Shown piece after piece: positions 1 to 10,658 of a stretch of 64,000 bases of DNA (positions are counted from its first letter, which is position 1; each line of letters opens with the position of its first letter). A program made the translations under genes and the position numbers. The DNA is taken from NCBI GenBank assembly GCA_024636295.1, contig JAGXHI010000045.1:12637-76636 (forward strand). Reading direction: 5' to 3'. Under the pieces are notes generated by a model. That model was not told the DNA's origin and did not search any database. It saw only the letters and a list, made by a program, of their open reading frames with translations. This stretch comes from Desulfuromonadales bacterium (GTDB taxonomy: Bacteria; Desulfobacterota; Desulfuromonadia; Desulfuromonadales; JAGXHI01).

Positions 1-114
1 GTCTTTATCCAGGAGATGATGCTGCCCCACCACCTCGTCCAGGGTGCGTGGTCGCATCCGTTCCGCCAGGGGGGTTGTTTCCTCCCGGCCGGTATTCTGT
101 TCGAAAAGTTCCAT
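1..114 (-). CDS. rarA: Replication-associated recombination protein A (RarA/MgsA AAA+ ATPase), 5' part only; runs off the window
   Basis: Not in ORF track. The reverse strand from the ATG at 114 reads MELFEQNTGREETTPLAERMRPRTLDEVVGQHHLL, containing the typical RarA N-terminal PLAERMRP..LDE.VGQ.HL motif. Confidence 0.85.
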   Translation of the reverse strand, partial: MELFEQNTGREETTPLAERMRPRTLDEVVGQHHLLDKD

Positions 115-271
115 CACCAGATTTCTGTCAAGGCTGTAAAGGGAGACAGGTTCGACTTTAGCACAGGGGAAAGCCGCCCACAAGCGCGGGATGGCAGCGA
201 TACCAGCGAATGCGGATGGACTTCGATTGCTCCTTGTGCTACATTTCAGCTCACGGCACAGGGAGAATTTC

Positions 272-1126
272 ATGAAAAAAGTAGGAATTTACGCCAAGCG
301 GAACCACCCTGATGCAGTAAGGGTCGCTCGTGACATTATCGAATGGCTCCGGACAAGAAACATAGAGGTTTTTCCTGAAAATAACCTCGCCGTTGAATTG
401 GGAGATATAGAGGGATACCCCGGCGGCTCTATTCCCGCCATGGTTCATCTGATCATCGTCCTCGGCGGCGACGGGACTCTGATTTCCGTAGCGAGGGAAG
501 TCGGGGATATGCACACTCCGATTCTCGGCGTCAACCTGGGAAGTCTTGGGTTTCTGACGGAAATCACCCTCCAGGAACTCTATCCGACTCTGGAGGAAGT
601 GATCAGGGGAAACTTCAATGTCACCTCACGGTTGATGCTTCAGGGCATAGTTCGGCGTGATGGAAAGGAGGTCGGCCGTTATCGGGTTCTCAACGATATC
701 GTGATCAACAAGGGCGCACTTGCCCGAATGATCGATATGGAGGCCTGGGTCGACGAAATCTATCTCACCACCTTCAAGGCCGATGGCCTGATCATCTCCA
801 CACCCACCGGCTCCACGGCCTATAATCTGGCGGCGGGAGGGCCGATCATTTTCCCCGGGCAGCATTGTCTGGTCATTTCCCCTATCTGTCCGCACATGCT
901 GACCAATCGGCCCATTATCGTGTCGGATGAATCCCTGATAAAAATCGAAGTCAAGTTCCAGGATGAGGACGTGGTCATCACCGCCGACGGACAGGTCGGC
1001 ATGCCTCTGCAGGGTGGGGATATCGTTGAAATTCGCAAATCCCAGGCCTACACCCTGCTGGTCAAAAGCCCCTCGAAGGATTATTTTCAGGTGCTTCGCA
1101 CCAAACTCCATTGGGGTGAAAGGTAG
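272..1126 (+). CDS. nadK: NAD(+) kinase
   Basis: GGDGT, GVNLGSLGFL, LND, DGLIISTPTGSTAY motifs; GGGAGA RBS before the ATG at 272. Confidence 0.96.
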   Translation: MKKVGIYAKRNHPDAVRVARDIIEWLRTRNIEVFPENNLAVELGDIEGYPGGSIPAMVHLIIVLGGDGTLISVAREVGDMHTPILGVNLGSLGFLTEITLQELYPTLEEVIRGNFNVTSRLMLQGIVRRDGKEVGRYRVLNDIVINKGALARMIDMEAWVDEIYLTTFKADGLIISTPTGSTAYNLAAGGPIIFPGQHCLVISPICPHMLTNRPIIVSDESLIKIEVKFQDEDVVITADGQVGMPLQGGDIVEIRKSQAYTLLVKSPSKDYFQVLRTKLHWGER

Positions 1127-1187
1127 GAACGGCACGAGGGCCAAGGTTCAGCTTAAAACCCAGCACTAAAACTTGAAACTGTCTTTT

Positions 1188-2912
1188 ATGCTTACCGATC
1201 TCATCATACGCAATTTCGCGATTATCGACAGGGTCCACGTCCGATTCGGCGCAGGCTTCAACGTCCTTACGGGGGAGACGGGCGCCGGAAAATCGATTAT
1301 TATCGATGCGGTGGGCCTGCTGCTGGGAGACCGTGCCCGGCCCGATCTGATCCGGGCGGGTGAAGACGAGGCGGTGGTCGAGGGGATGTTCGATATTTCC
1401 CGAAGTCCAGGCTTGTGCCGCGAATTATCCGAAAGCGGATTTGATTCGGGGACGGAGCTCGTTGTCAGAAGACTCGTGGCGCGCAATGGGAAAAACCGGG
1501 TTTACGTCAATGGCTCGCTGGCAACCCTGGGACAGTTGCAGGAGATTACCGCAGGCTTGATGATCATTTATGGTCAGCACGAACAACAGAGTCTGCAAAA
1601 GATCGAAACGCATCTCGACCTGCTCGACAGGATCGCAGGCGCCGAAGGGGAATTTCATTCCTACTGTCAGGCCTTCGCCCGGATCGCTGAGTTGAAGGAT
1701 AGGCTTTTCAGCCTGGATGAGGCCGAACGTGATCGCCAGCGCCGCCTGGACATGCTTCTTTTCCAGAGCCGGGAGATCTCTGAAGCGGCTGTTACCCCCA
1801 AAGAAGAGGAAGAGCTGATTTCCGAGCGGCTGCTGCTGCAGAATGCCGAACGACTTGCTGCGGCGACCCGGGGCGGGTATGACCTTCTCTATGGTGAGGA
1901 AGGAGCTGTGGTCGAGCGCCTGGATGAGGCCGCAGCAGCTCTGGAGGCGCTTTCCGGAATCGATGCCGATCTCGATGAAATGGCGAAGACGGTACGGTCC
2001 TCCCAGTATGCCCTGGAGGATATCGCGGCCAACCTTCGGAATTATGCCGGAAAAATCGATTTCGAGCCCGGCCGTCAGAATGCGGTGGAGGAAAGGCTGG
2101 CGCGGATATCGTCCCTGAAGAAAAAATACGCGCCGACAGTCGAGGAAATTCTTGTCTTCAAGGAGAGGATCGACAGAGAGATCGAGGAGCTTTCAGATCT
2201 TGAGGCGAGCCGGGAGACGCTGCAGGGGAAGCTTGCCGCGGCAGAAAAGGAGCTGAGGGAGTTGGGAGAGGCTCTTTCCATGAGTCGACGGGACTCCGCG
2301 CATCTTCTTTCAAAAGCTGTGGAGAAGGAGCTTCGGGACCTTGTGATGGAAAAAGCGCGTTTTGAAGTCCGCATCTCTCCCCTTTCCCAACCTGGTCCGA
2401 GGGGTCTTGAAACGATCGAATTCTATCTGTCTCCCAATCCTGGAGAGGGTTTCAAGCAGCTCGCCCGGGTTGCCTCCGGCGGAGAGCTGTCCCGGATCAT
2501 GCTGGCACTCAAAAGGGCGGTGCCGCAGGGGGATGGAACGGCAACCCTCATCTTCGACGAAGTGGACGCCGGAATCGGGGGTGTGGCGGCATCCGCGGTT
2601 GGCGAGAAGCTCCATGGTCTCGCAGGAGGATTTCAGGTGCTGTGCGTGACCCACCTTCCCCAGGTGGCGGCCTTCGCCGATTCTCATTATCGCGTAGAAA
2701 AGCGTGAAGCGGATGGTCGGACCCTGACCGATCTGATTCCGCTGAATGGCGAGGAACGGATCGGTGAAATGGCACGAATGCTTGGCGGCGCACAAGTGAC
2801 CGAGCGCACTTGGGAGCACGCCCGTGAAATGATCTCAAGGACCACATCCCGGAGTCGGTCCGAGTCCCACGGGAGCATCCTTGCAGCCGGGGCCGGGAAA
2901 GGGTCGACATGA
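1188..2912 (+). CDS. recN: DNA repair protein RecN
   Basis: IRNFAII, TGETGAGKS Walker A, ASGGELSR signature, FDEVDAG, VTHLPQVA; follows nadK. Confidence 0.96.
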   Translation: MLTDLIIRNFAIIDRVHVRFGAGFNVLTGETGAGKSIIIDAVGLLLGDRARPDLIRAGEDEAVVEGMFDISRSPGLCRELSESGFDSGTELVVRRLVARNGKNRVYVNGSLATLGQLQEITAGLMIIYGQHEQQSLQKIETHLDLLDRIAGAEGEFHSYCQAFARIAELKDRLFSLDEAERDRQRRLDMLLFQSREISEAAVTPKEEEELISERLLLQNAERLAAATRGGYDLLYGEEGAVVERLDEAAAALEALSGIDADLDEMAKTVRSSQYALEDIAANLRNYAGKIDFEPGRQNAVEERLARISSLKKKYAPTVEEILVFKERIDREIEELSDLEASRETLQGKLAAAEKELRELGEALSMSRRDSAHLLSKAVEKELRDLVMEKARFEVRISPLSQPGPRGLETIEFYLSPNPGEGFKQLARVASGGELSRIMLALKRAVPQGDGTATLIFDEVDAGIGGVAASAVGEKLHGLAGGFQVLCVTHLPQVAAFADSHYRVEKREADGRTLTDLIPLNGEERIGEMARMLGGAQVTERTWEHAREMISRTTSRSRSESHGSILAAGAGKGST

Positions 2913-3358
2913 TACGAAAAGCGCGAATTGCAGACGCAAAAATCATCCATCGGCTCCTGATCGGGTACGCCCGGGAGGGTCTGATGCTTTCCCGATCTCT
3001 TCCCGAAATTTACGAGACGATACGGGATTTTTACATCTTCGAGGAGAATGAAGAGGTCTTGGGTACGGTCTGCCTGCACATATGCTGGGACAATCTTGCG
3101 GAGGTCCGCTCCCTGGCCGTGGAAAAGGGGCATGAAGGGAGGGGTATCGGCCGCTCGCTGGTGAAATCCTGCCTTGAAGAAGCGCGGCAGTTAGGGCTTA
3201 CAAGGGTGTTCGCCCTGACCTACCGGGCCGACTTTTTCTTCAGGCTTGGATTCAGGATGATTGAAAAATCGGAGCTGCCTCAAAAAATATGGGGAGACTG
3301 TATGAAATGCGCCAAATTTCCCGAGTGCGACGAAACAGCCGTGAGCATTGATTTGTAA
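2909..3358 (+). CDS. GNAT N-acetyltransferase, short ArgA-like (amino-acid N-acetyltransferase)
   Basis: LAEVRSLAV, GRGIG acetyl-CoA motif, VFALTY, LPQKIWGDC..C.KFPECDE; ATGA overlap with recN; argJ nearby. Confidence 0.85.
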   Translation: MIRKARIADAKIIHRLLIGYAREGLMLSRSLPEIYETIRDFYIFEENEEVLGTVCLHICWDNLAEVRSLAVEKGHEGRGIGRSLVKSCLEEARQLGLTRVFALTYRADFFFRLGFRMIEKSELPQKIWGDCMKCAKFPECDETAVSIDL

Positions 3359-3420
3359 CTGGCGCATCTTTTGCTATAGCTATAGGGAGTGGGTGAAGAC
3401 CGGGCGGAACTGAAAAATCC

Positions 3421-3450
3421 TTGACAGAAATGCCCAGCTTCTCTTATTAA
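3421..3450 (+). promoter_or_regulatory. Sigma70-like promoter for the M23 peptidase gene
   Basis: TTGACA (3421-3426), 18 nt spacer, TATTAA. Confidence 0.5.
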
Positions 3451-3521
3451 TGAGATTGTCTGCAATATTGAATTGTATTGAATTGTAATTGAACCTCTGG
3501 CTGATCGTCAAGGAGGGCAGT

Positions 3522-4391
3522 TTGTCTCCACGGAAGTACACCCTTCTCATCATCCCCGAAGGATCGCACCGGGTACGCCGCTTCAGCATCAAACGGGGAA
3601 TTATTCAATCCGCTCTGGGTGGGGTGGTTATCTGTGTCCTTGCGCTTTCCCTTCTGATATTTGACTATTCCCGCATTCATTTCGACCGAAGCGAACTTCG
3701 TCGACTACAGGCGGAAAATCTTCGCCAGCGCAATGAAATCCAGACCCTTGCCGCCGACCTCCAGAATCTGCGCAAGGAAATGGTGATCCTGACCCAGAAC
3801 GACGCCAAGGTTCGGGTACTGGCAAATTTAGCCAAACCCAAGTCCGACGGCACGGCTGGAATGGGTGGCCCTCCGGAGGAGGAAACAGTCGCCGAATTTT
3901 CCGAATTGCAGCGCCAGATCGACCAGCTCCGCAGAACTATCGATCTGAGGAGGGAAAGCCAGGAGGAAATCCGTGGTTTTCTCAACGACCAGCGGTCGAT
4001 GATGGCCGCCAAGCCGGAAGGGGTGCCCGTCAAGGGATGGATGACTTCAAAGTTCGGGATGCGCAAATCCCCCTTCACCGGAAAGCGTAAGATGCATGAA
4101 GGGGTTGATATCGCCGCTCGGACAGGAACTCCGATTCATGCAAGTGCGGACGGAATCGTCAGTCAGGCCCGTACCGCTCCCGGATACGGAAAACTGGTGG
4201 TGATCGATCATGGTTACGGGTACAAAACCTATTACGCCCACAATTCCAAAATCCACGTCAAGGTCGGTCAGCGGGTGAAGCGGGGGGATCAGATTTCCGC
4301 AGTAGGAAATACCGGCAGTTCCACCGGTTCACACCTCCACTATGAGGTGCGACTGAACGGTGTGCCCGTCAATCCCAACAAATATTTCTGA
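3522..4391 (+). CDS. M23 family metallo-endopeptidase with N-terminal TM helix and coiled coil
   Basis: HEGVD (HxxxD), YAHNS and HLHYEV (HxH) motifs; AGGAGG RBS before the TTG at 3522. Confidence 0.92.
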   Translation: MSPRKYTLLIIPEGSHRVRRFSIKRGIIQSALGGVVICVLALSLLIFDYSRIHFDRSELRRLQAENLRQRNEIQTLAADLQNLRKEMVILTQNDAKVRVLANLAKPKSDGTAGMGGPPEEETVAEFSELQRQIDQLRRTIDLRRESQEEIRGFLNDQRSMMAAKPEGVPVKGWMTSKFGMRKSPFTGKRKMHEGVDIAARTGTPIHASADGIVSQARTAPGYGKLVVIDHGYGYKTYYAHNSKIHVKVGQRVKRGDQISAVGNTGSSTGSHLHYEVRLNGVPVNPNKYF

Positions 4392-4430
4392 TTTTTCAAA
4401 ATGCCTCATGCGATGTCGTTGCCACACCTG

Positions 4431-4461
4431 AAAAGGGGGCAGGTGATCTCCTGCCTCTTTT
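4431..4461. terminator. Bidirectional intrinsic terminator between convergent genes
   Basis: AAAAGGGGGCAGG-tgatct-CCTGCCTCTTTT hairpin with A and T tails. Confidence 0.75.
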
Positions 4462-4473
4462 GCTTAAGTCGCG

Positions 4474-4935
4474 CTAGATATTTTTCAGCTCCTGGATTCG
4501 CCTGATTCTGTCTTCAATACTCAAGTCGGACCCGCCTTTCCATTCCATAATCTGAAGAACAACACCGTTGGTTTCTTTCGGACGTAAAACAACTTCCCTT
4601 CGGTTTGAAAATTCATCCATTAATGGGATTTCAAACCCTTGAAATTCCGCGGAATTGATGAATTCATCGAGATTATCCACTTCGAGCCCGAGGTGATGAA
4701 TGCCTTCTCCGCGTTTCTCTATAAACTTGCTGACGAACCCTTCCTTTTCAACAGATTGAATAAGACTCAGTATATTTTCTCCGATCTGCACATAGGAAAT
4801 TTTTACCGTACCGGCTTTCTCAACGAGAATCGTTGTTCTGATATGATGGGCATTGAGGAGTTTCACAAAGATTTCCGTAGCCTGGTTTACATCCTTTACT
4901 GCAATTGCCAGGTGGTCGATTCTTTTAACGTGCAT
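4474..4935 (-). CDS. VOC family protein (methylmalonyl-CoA epimerase-like)
   Basis: IDHLAIAV and FIEKRGEGIHHLGLEV motifs; AGGAGG RBS; visibly AT-rich. Confidence 0.8.
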   Translation of the reverse strand: MHVKRIDHLAIAVKDVNQATEIFVKLLNAHHIRTTILVEKAGTVKISYVQIGENILSLIQSVEKEGFVSKFIEKRGEGIHHLGLEVDNLDEFINSAEFQGFEIPLMDEFSNRREVVLRPKETNGVVLQIMEWKGGSDLSIEDRIRRIQELKNI

Positions 4936-5333
4936 GTTTCCTCCTGTTTTTTTCGGGGGAAAATACCTTTGGCGGGAGCCAGCATGCCAGGGACTACATT
5001 ATGGCTGCCGAATGAAGTTGTCAACGAATAAGGATGGTGTAATTAGCATTACCCAATTTTTGGAATATTTCCAGATTTCGCAGACAGGGCAACTCCTCTG
5101 AGCCGTCACATTGATGGCTGTCGCTCAGGCTTTCAAAAACGCCTGACACAAGGGCAACTGAAAGAGACATTTAAAACAGTTTCAGATAGGGATCCCGCTC
5201 TTTCGTGGATCCCCTTTTTGCGCAGCTCCCTGATCCACTCTTGTGGGAGCTCCTGCGGTGTGCTAGAATTCCGTGCTAGTTTTCGGCGGTTACCCTCCCT
5301 TGAAATCTCCCAAAATCTCCGATGGAGAACTGA

Positions 5334-8024
5334 ATGATACAAGCACTTGTGAAAAAAGTTATTGGAAGCAAAAACGAGCGTGAACTCAAGCGCATGCAGC
5401 CCCTGGTGGATCATATAAACTCTCTCGAATCCGATTTCGAGTCGCTGACTGATGCGGAACTCTCCGGAAAGACGGCGGAGTTCCGGCAACGCATGGAAAA
5501 GGGTGAAACCCTCGATGACCTGTTGCCCGAAGCCTTCGCCGTGGTAAGGGAAGCCGGCAAGCGGGTTCTGGAGATGAGGCATTTCGACGTGCAGTTGATC
5601 GGAGGCATGGTGCTTCACTCCGGCAAGATCGCCGAGATGAAAACCGGTGAGGGGAAAACCCTCGTGGCGACGCTACCGTGCTACCTGAACGCCCTTGCAG
5701 GAAAGGGCGTCCATGTGATTACCGTCAATGATTATCTTGCGCGGCGTGACTCCGAGTGGATGGGCCGGATTCATAAATTCCTGGGCCTCTCAGTCGGTTG
5801 CATCGTTCACGGTCTGACCGAACTGCAGCGCAAGGAAGCCTACGTTTGCGATATCACCTATGGTACGAATAACGAATTCGGCTTCGATTACCTTCGGGAC
5901 AACATGAAGTTTTCCCTGGAGGATTACGTTCAGCGGACACATCGTTTCGCCATCGTGGACGAGGTCGATTCCATTCTCATCGATGAAGCCAGGACCCCCC
6001 TGATCATTTCGGGTCCCAGCGAAGCATCCAGCGAGCTCTATTATGAAGTGAATCGGATTATCCCCATGCTGAAAAAAGGGGAGGTGATTGAGAACCGGGA
6101 CGGCAAGCTCGGCCAGACGACGAAGGAATATACCGGTGATTACACAGTGGATGAGAAGGCGAGGTCCGCCGCTCTCACCGAGGATGGCGTCGCCAAGGTG
6201 GAGAGGCTCCTGGGTATCGAGAATCTGTATGATCCCCGCAATATCGAGCGCCTCCATCACGTGAATCAGGCTCTTAAGGCTCATGCCCTCTTCCGCAGGG
6301 ATGTAGATTACGTCGTCAAGGAAGGCGAGGTCCTCATTGTCGATGAATTCACTGGTCGTCTCATGCCTGGCCGCCGCTGGAGCGACGGTCTGCACCAGGC
6401 GGTAGAGGCGAAAGAAGGTGTCAAGATCGAAAGTGAAAACCAGACCCTGGCCACCATCACTTTCCAGAATTACTTCCGCATGTATGAAAAGCTGGCGGGG
6501 ATGACGGGAACCGCCGATACCGAGGCCGCCGAATTTCACGAAATCTACAAACTCGACGTCATGGTGATGCCGACAAACCAGCCCATGATCCGGCAGGACA
6601 ATTCCGATGTCATCTACAAGACGGAAAAGGAGAAGTTCCAGGCTGTTATCGAGGATATCGTGGAAAGCTACGAGAAGGGACAGCCAACGCTGGTGGGAAC
6701 CATTTCCATCGAGAAATCGGAAGTTCTGGCCGAGATGCTCAAAAAGCGCGGCATTCCGCATAACGTTCTGAACGCCAAGCATCACGAGAAAGAGGCTGAG
6801 ATCGTTGCCCAGGCTGGGCGCAAGGGCGCGGTGACAATTGCCACGAATATGGCTGGCCGCGGCACCGACATTATTCTGGGAGGCAACCCGGAGATGCTCG
6901 CAAGGCGGGAGTCGGCTGTCGCCGAGGACCCGGAAGCGGCTTATGGCCTTGCGCTGGAAAAATACCGCCGAGTCTGCGCGGAGGAGAAGGGGGCGGTGCT
7001 TCAGGCGGGCGGTCTTTATATCATCGGGACGGAACGACATGAGTCCCGGCGGATCGACAATCAGCTTCGGGGCCGTTCGGGGCGCCAGGGCGATCCGGGG
7101 AAAAGCCGCTTCTATCTCAGTCTCGAAGACGACCTGCTTCGCATTTTCGGTTCCCATCGTGTAGCTTTCGTCATGGACAAGCTCAAGATACCCGAGAATG
7201 AGCCGATCGAACACGGGATGATTTCCAAGGCGATAGAAAACGCTCAGAAAAAGGTGGAGGGGCACAATTTCGATATTCGAAAGCATCTCATCGAATACGA
7301 TGACGTGATGAACCGCCAGCGGGAAGTTATCTATACCCAGCGCAGGGAGGTGCTTGCCGGTGAAAATATCCGCGAAATGATCGTTGGAATTCTCGAGGAG
7401 ACGGTGGAAGACATGATAGCCACCTTCTGCCCGGAGAAGACTCCCTCCTCCGAATGGACCTGGGACAGTCTGCTGGAAGATTTCCGCACCATGTTCCACT
7501 TTGAACCGGATATCTCCAGGTTCCGCACCGACAATGCGTCCCGGGAAGAGCTGGAAAGCTCTTTGAAAGAGCAGGTCATGGGCCGGTTCTCGGAACGGGA
7601 GGAGGAGTTCACTCCTCCGGTCATGGCTCATCTCATGAAAGTCCTTCTGCTGCAGACTGTCGACAGCCAGTGGAAAGATCACCTGTTGTCCATAGATCAT
7701 CTCAAGGAAGGGATCGGTCTGCGGGGTTACGGTCAGCGTAATCCCAAACAGGAATATAAACGAGAAGCCTACAACCTCTTCATGGAAATGATGGGACGCA
7801 TCCGTCATGAGGTGGTTCAGAAACTTTTCCGTGTTCAACTCGCCCAGCAAGAGGACGTGAACCAGATGGAGGCGGAGCAGCGCAAGCGTAAGCTGACCCT
7901 GAACCGTGTCGGGGGCGGAGAGCAGGAGAAGAAGCCGGTAACCCGGGAAGAGGAAAAGGTCGGAAGAAACGATGCCTGCCCCTGCGGGAGCGGAAAAAAA
8001 TACAAGAAATGCTGTGGCCGATAA
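5334..8024 (+). CDS. secA: Preprotein translocase ATPase SecA
   Basis: [40 protein letters not shown]-terminal [22 protein letters not shown]. Confidence 0.99.
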   Translation: MIQALVKKVIGSKNERELKRMQPLVDHINSLESDFESLTDAELSGKTAEFRQRMEKGETLDDLLPEAFAVVREAGKRVLEMRHFDVQLIGGMVLHSGKIAEMKTGEGKTLVATLPCYLNALAGKGVHVITVNDYLARRDSEWMGRIHKFLGLSVGCIVHGLTELQRKEAYVCDITYGTNNEFGFDYLRDNMKFSLEDYVQRTHRFAIVDEVDSILIDEARTPLIISGPSEASSELYYEVNRIIPMLKKGEVIENRDGKLGQTTKEYTGDYTVDEKARSAALTEDGVAKVERLLGIENLYDPRNIERLHHVNQALKAHALFRRDVDYVVKEGEVLIVDEFTGRLMPGRRWSDGLHQAVEAKEGVKIESENQTLATITFQNYFRMYEKLAGMTGTADTEAAEFHEIYKLDVMVMPTNQPMIRQDNSDVIYKTEKEKFQAVIEDIVESYEKGQPTLVGTISIEKSEVLAEMLKKRGIPHNVLNAKHHEKEAEIVAQAGRKGAVTIATNMAGRGTDIILGGNPEMLARRESAVAEDPEAAYGLALEKYRRVCAEEKGAVLQAGGLYIIGTERHESRRIDNQLRGRSGRQGDPGKSRFYLSLEDDLLRIFGSHRVAFVMDKLKIPENEPIEHGMISKAIENAQKKVEGHNFDIRKHLIEYDDVMNRQREVIYTQRREVLAGENIREMIVGILEETVEDMIATFCPEKTPSSEWTWDSLLEDFRTMFHFEPDISRFRTDNASREELESSLKEQVMGRFSEREEEFTPPVMAHLMKVLLLQTVDSQWKDHLLSIDHLKEGIGLRGYGQRNPKQEYKREAYNLFMEMMGRIRHEVVQKLFRVQLAQQEDVNQMEAEQRKRKLTLNRVGGGEQEKKPVTREEEKVGRNDACPCGSGKKYKKCCGR

Positions 8025-8065
8025 CATTCTGAAACGTGACATCATTCTGACAGGGAATCTCCCCC

Positions 8066-9259
8066 ATGGGAAGAGAAGAGGATAAAGTCAAGGGATTCAA
8101 GTTCGCGGCGAGGGCCGCGGGTATCCGCAAATCTGGTCGGCTGGATGTCGCGATGATTTATTCCGAGGTTCCCGCCACGTGCGCGGGAGTATTCACCACC
8201 AACCGGGTTGTGGCCGCCCCTGTAACGGTCAGTTCCCCTCGTATCCGCAAAGGTCTCTGTCAGGCGGTGGTGCTCAACAGCGGCAATGCTAATGCGTGCA
8301 CGGGCGACCAGGGGCTCCGTGACGCCCTGCGTTGCGCAGAAGTCGCCTCGCATGCCCTCGGAATTCCGGAGGATCTCGTAGCAGTTTCATCCACGGGGGT
8401 TATCGGAGTGCCTCTGCCAATGGAAAAATTGGAGCGGCATGTCTCTCTTCTGCCCGGTCAGCTCAAGGCCAACGAAGCGGATGCGACAGCCCAGGCCATC
8501 ATGACCACCGATTCCTTCCCGAAGATGTCCTTCTCCAAAGCGGAAGAGCCGGAGGATTATGCGATAATGGGGATCGCCAAGGGTGCAGGGATGATTCATC
8601 CCAACATGGCGACCATGCTGGCCTTCGTGCTCACCGATGCCCAGGTGGACGGCGATTTCCTCGACGCCGCTCTCCGAAGGGGGGTGGATCGGTCCTTCAA
8701 CATCATCACCGTGGATCGCGATACCAGCACGAACGATATGGTCCTTGTCCTGGCTAACGGCCTCGCCGGAAACCGGGTCATCCTGGAAGGCGATCCGGAG
8801 GCGGAGCGTTTTGAACGCCGCCTTCAAGCGGTCCTGCTCGAATTGGCCAAGATGATTGTCCGGGATGGAGAAGGGGCAACCAAGCTCGTGGAGATCCGGA
8901 TCACAGGTGCGGCGGATTTGGAAGACGCCCGCAAGGCCGCTTTCAGCGTTGCCACCTCCAATCTTGTGAAAACCGCGTTTTTCGGCGAGGACGCAAACTG
9001 GGGACGAATCATCGCTGCTGTCGGGTACTCCGGTGCTCAGGTCGACCCGAACCGGGTGGAAATCCGCTTTGAGGATGTCGTCATGGCTCACGGCGGAATT
9101 GCCGTCGGGGGCGATTCCGAGGCCCGGGCCACGGAAATCCTCAAACGCCCTGAGTTTGTGGTAACGGTCGATCTGGGACTCGGAAATGGAGAAGGTGCCT
9201 ACTATACCTCCGATTTGACCTATGACTACGTGAAAATCAACGCGGCGTATAGAACCTGA
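8066..9259 (+). CDS. argJ: Ornithine acetyltransferase / N-acetylglutamate synthase ArgJ
   Basis: KGAGMIHPNMATML autocleavage motif, DTSTND, DGEGATK, INAAYRT end. Confidence 0.97.
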   Translation: MGREEDKVKGFKFAARAAGIRKSGRLDVAMIYSEVPATCAGVFTTNRVVAAPVTVSSPRIRKGLCQAVVLNSGNANACTGDQGLRDALRCAEVASHALGIPEDLVAVSSTGVIGVPLPMEKLERHVSLLPGQLKANEADATAQAIMTTDSFPKMSFSKAEEPEDYAIMGIAKGAGMIHPNMATMLAFVLTDAQVDGDFLDAALRRGVDRSFNIITVDRDTSTNDMVLVLANGLAGNRVILEGDPEAERFERRLQAVLLELAKMIVRDGEGATKLVEIRITGAADLEDARKAAFSVATSNLVKTAFFGEDANWGRIIAAVGYSGAQVDPNRVEIRFEDVVMAHGGIAVGGDSEARATEILKRPEFVVTVDLGLGNGEGAYYTSDLTYDYVKINAAYRT

Positions 9260-9476
9260 AAGCCATAGCTGCAGACAGCAATCAACTATCTTGCTCTCGT
9301 CGGCATCCTCAATCGAAAACACCTTTCTGAAGCCGACCGTCACATCAGGCCAGTTCACTGTCTATGTGAACAGGCGGTGGAGTGGGGATTCGCATCCGTC
9401 CGTATCCCTACTTTTTCTGTGGCGGGGGCCCGTTTCGCCTAAACAATTATGAAAGAATGGCACCTGGAGAACGCCG

Positions 9477-10658
9477 GTGGACACTGCTGATTATCGTCGC
9501 GTCGTCCTGATCGTTCTGGACGGTGCAGGGGCGGGGGCTCTTCCCGATGCGGCTGAATACGGAGATGAAGGGGCAAACACGCTTCTCCATGTCGCCCAAA
9601 GCTGCGGCGGATTGCACCTTCCGGTCCTGGAGCGGCTCGGACTGGGAAATATTCTGTCCCTTCCCGGCATTCCTCCCGCCCGGCATCCTGCCGCCGCCTT
9701 CGGCCGGATGTCGGAGCGTTCCGCGGGCAAGGACACCGTCACAGGGCACTGGGAGATTGCCGGCCTGATCCAGGAGGAGCCGCTGCCCACTTTCCCGGAG
9801 GGATTTCCTCCGGAAATCATCGAAGCTTTCCGACAGCAGACCGGATTCGAACCTTTGGGAAATGTGGCCGCCAGCGGCACGGAAATTCTTCGCCTGCTCG
9901 GAGAGGAACACCTGGCCACCAGTCGGCCCATCGTCTACACCAGCGTGGACTCCGTCTTTCAGATTGCCGCACATGAAAAGGTTATCCCCGTCGAACAACT
10001 CTATCAGCTTTGCCGGACCACCCGGCGTATTCTCGATCCTTACCGGGTCTGCAGAGTGATTGCGAGACCTTTCGAAGGAAGCAGGGCCAGCGATTTCCGG
10101 CGAACTTCCCGCCGAAAGGATTTTTCCCTTCCGCCTCCCGGTAAGACGCTTCTCGATAAACTGCAGGATCAGGGAGTTCACGTGATCGGAATTGGAAAGA
10201 TCGGAGATATTTTCGCCGGGCGGGGCATCGACCGGTCCATTCCCACCAAGAGCAATGCCGACGGCGTCACGGCCACCCTGCGTATTCTCGGCGAAGTCCC
10301 GGAGGGGTTGATCTTTACCAATCTGGTTGATTTCGATATGCTGTTCGGGCACCGGCGCGACGCCAGGGGGTTCGGCCGCGCACTTGAGAAATTTGATGCA
10401 GAACTGCCCCGTCTGATGGCGAGCCTCAAAGAAGACGACCTGCTGGTGATTACGGCCGACCATGGATGCGATCCGACAGCACGGGGTACGGACCATACTC
10501 GCGAGCACGTTCCTCTTCTGGTGTGGTCTAAAAAGCTTTCCCGTGGACGGCCTCTGGGGTCCCGGAGCTGCTTCTGCGATATTGCAGCGACCATAGCCGA
10601 GGCTCTGGGTATTTCCTTCGGCGGGGGGAGAAGTTTTCTGAGGGATCTGGAGGATTAA
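9477..10658 (+). CDS. deoB: Phosphopentomutase
   Basis: VLDG.G.G..PDA, GKDTVTGHWE, NLVDFDMLFGHRRD, TADHGCDP, DHTRE. Confidence 0.96.
   Translation: MDTADYRRVVLIVLDGAGAGALPDAAEYGDEGANTLLHVAQSCGGLHLPVLERLGLGNILSLPGIPPARHPAAAFGRMSERSAGKDTVTGHWEIAGLIQEEPLPTFPEGFPPEIIEAFRQQTGFEPLGNVAASGTEILRLLGEEHLATSRPIVYTSVDSVFQIAAHEKVIPVEQLYQLCRTTRRILDPYRVCRVIARPFEGSRASDFRRTSRRKDFSLPPPGKTLLDKLQDQGVHVIGIGKIGDIFAGRGIDRSIPTKSNADGVTATLRILGEVPEGLIFTNLVDFDMLFGHRRDARGFGRALEKFDAELPRLMASLKEDDLLVITADHGCDPTARGTDHTREHVPLLVWSKKLSRGRPLGSRSCFCDIAATIAEALGISFGGGRSFLRDLED

Noticed and set aside
4960-4995. Sigma54 promoter for the VOC gene (TGGCATG on the minus strand)
   Set aside because: No TTGC at the -12 position
5081-5165. 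c-di-GMP-I (GEMM) riboswitch suggested by ACAGGGCAA
   Set aside because: No GNRA-capped P2 or GACGCAAAG junction; kept only as an unnamed structured region
5790-8045. 751-aa antisense ORF opposite secA, and similar long antisense ORFs opposite valS, hflX, rne and narG
   Set aside because: Shadow frames of GC-rich coding genes; no motifs, no RBS, full overlap with well-supported genes
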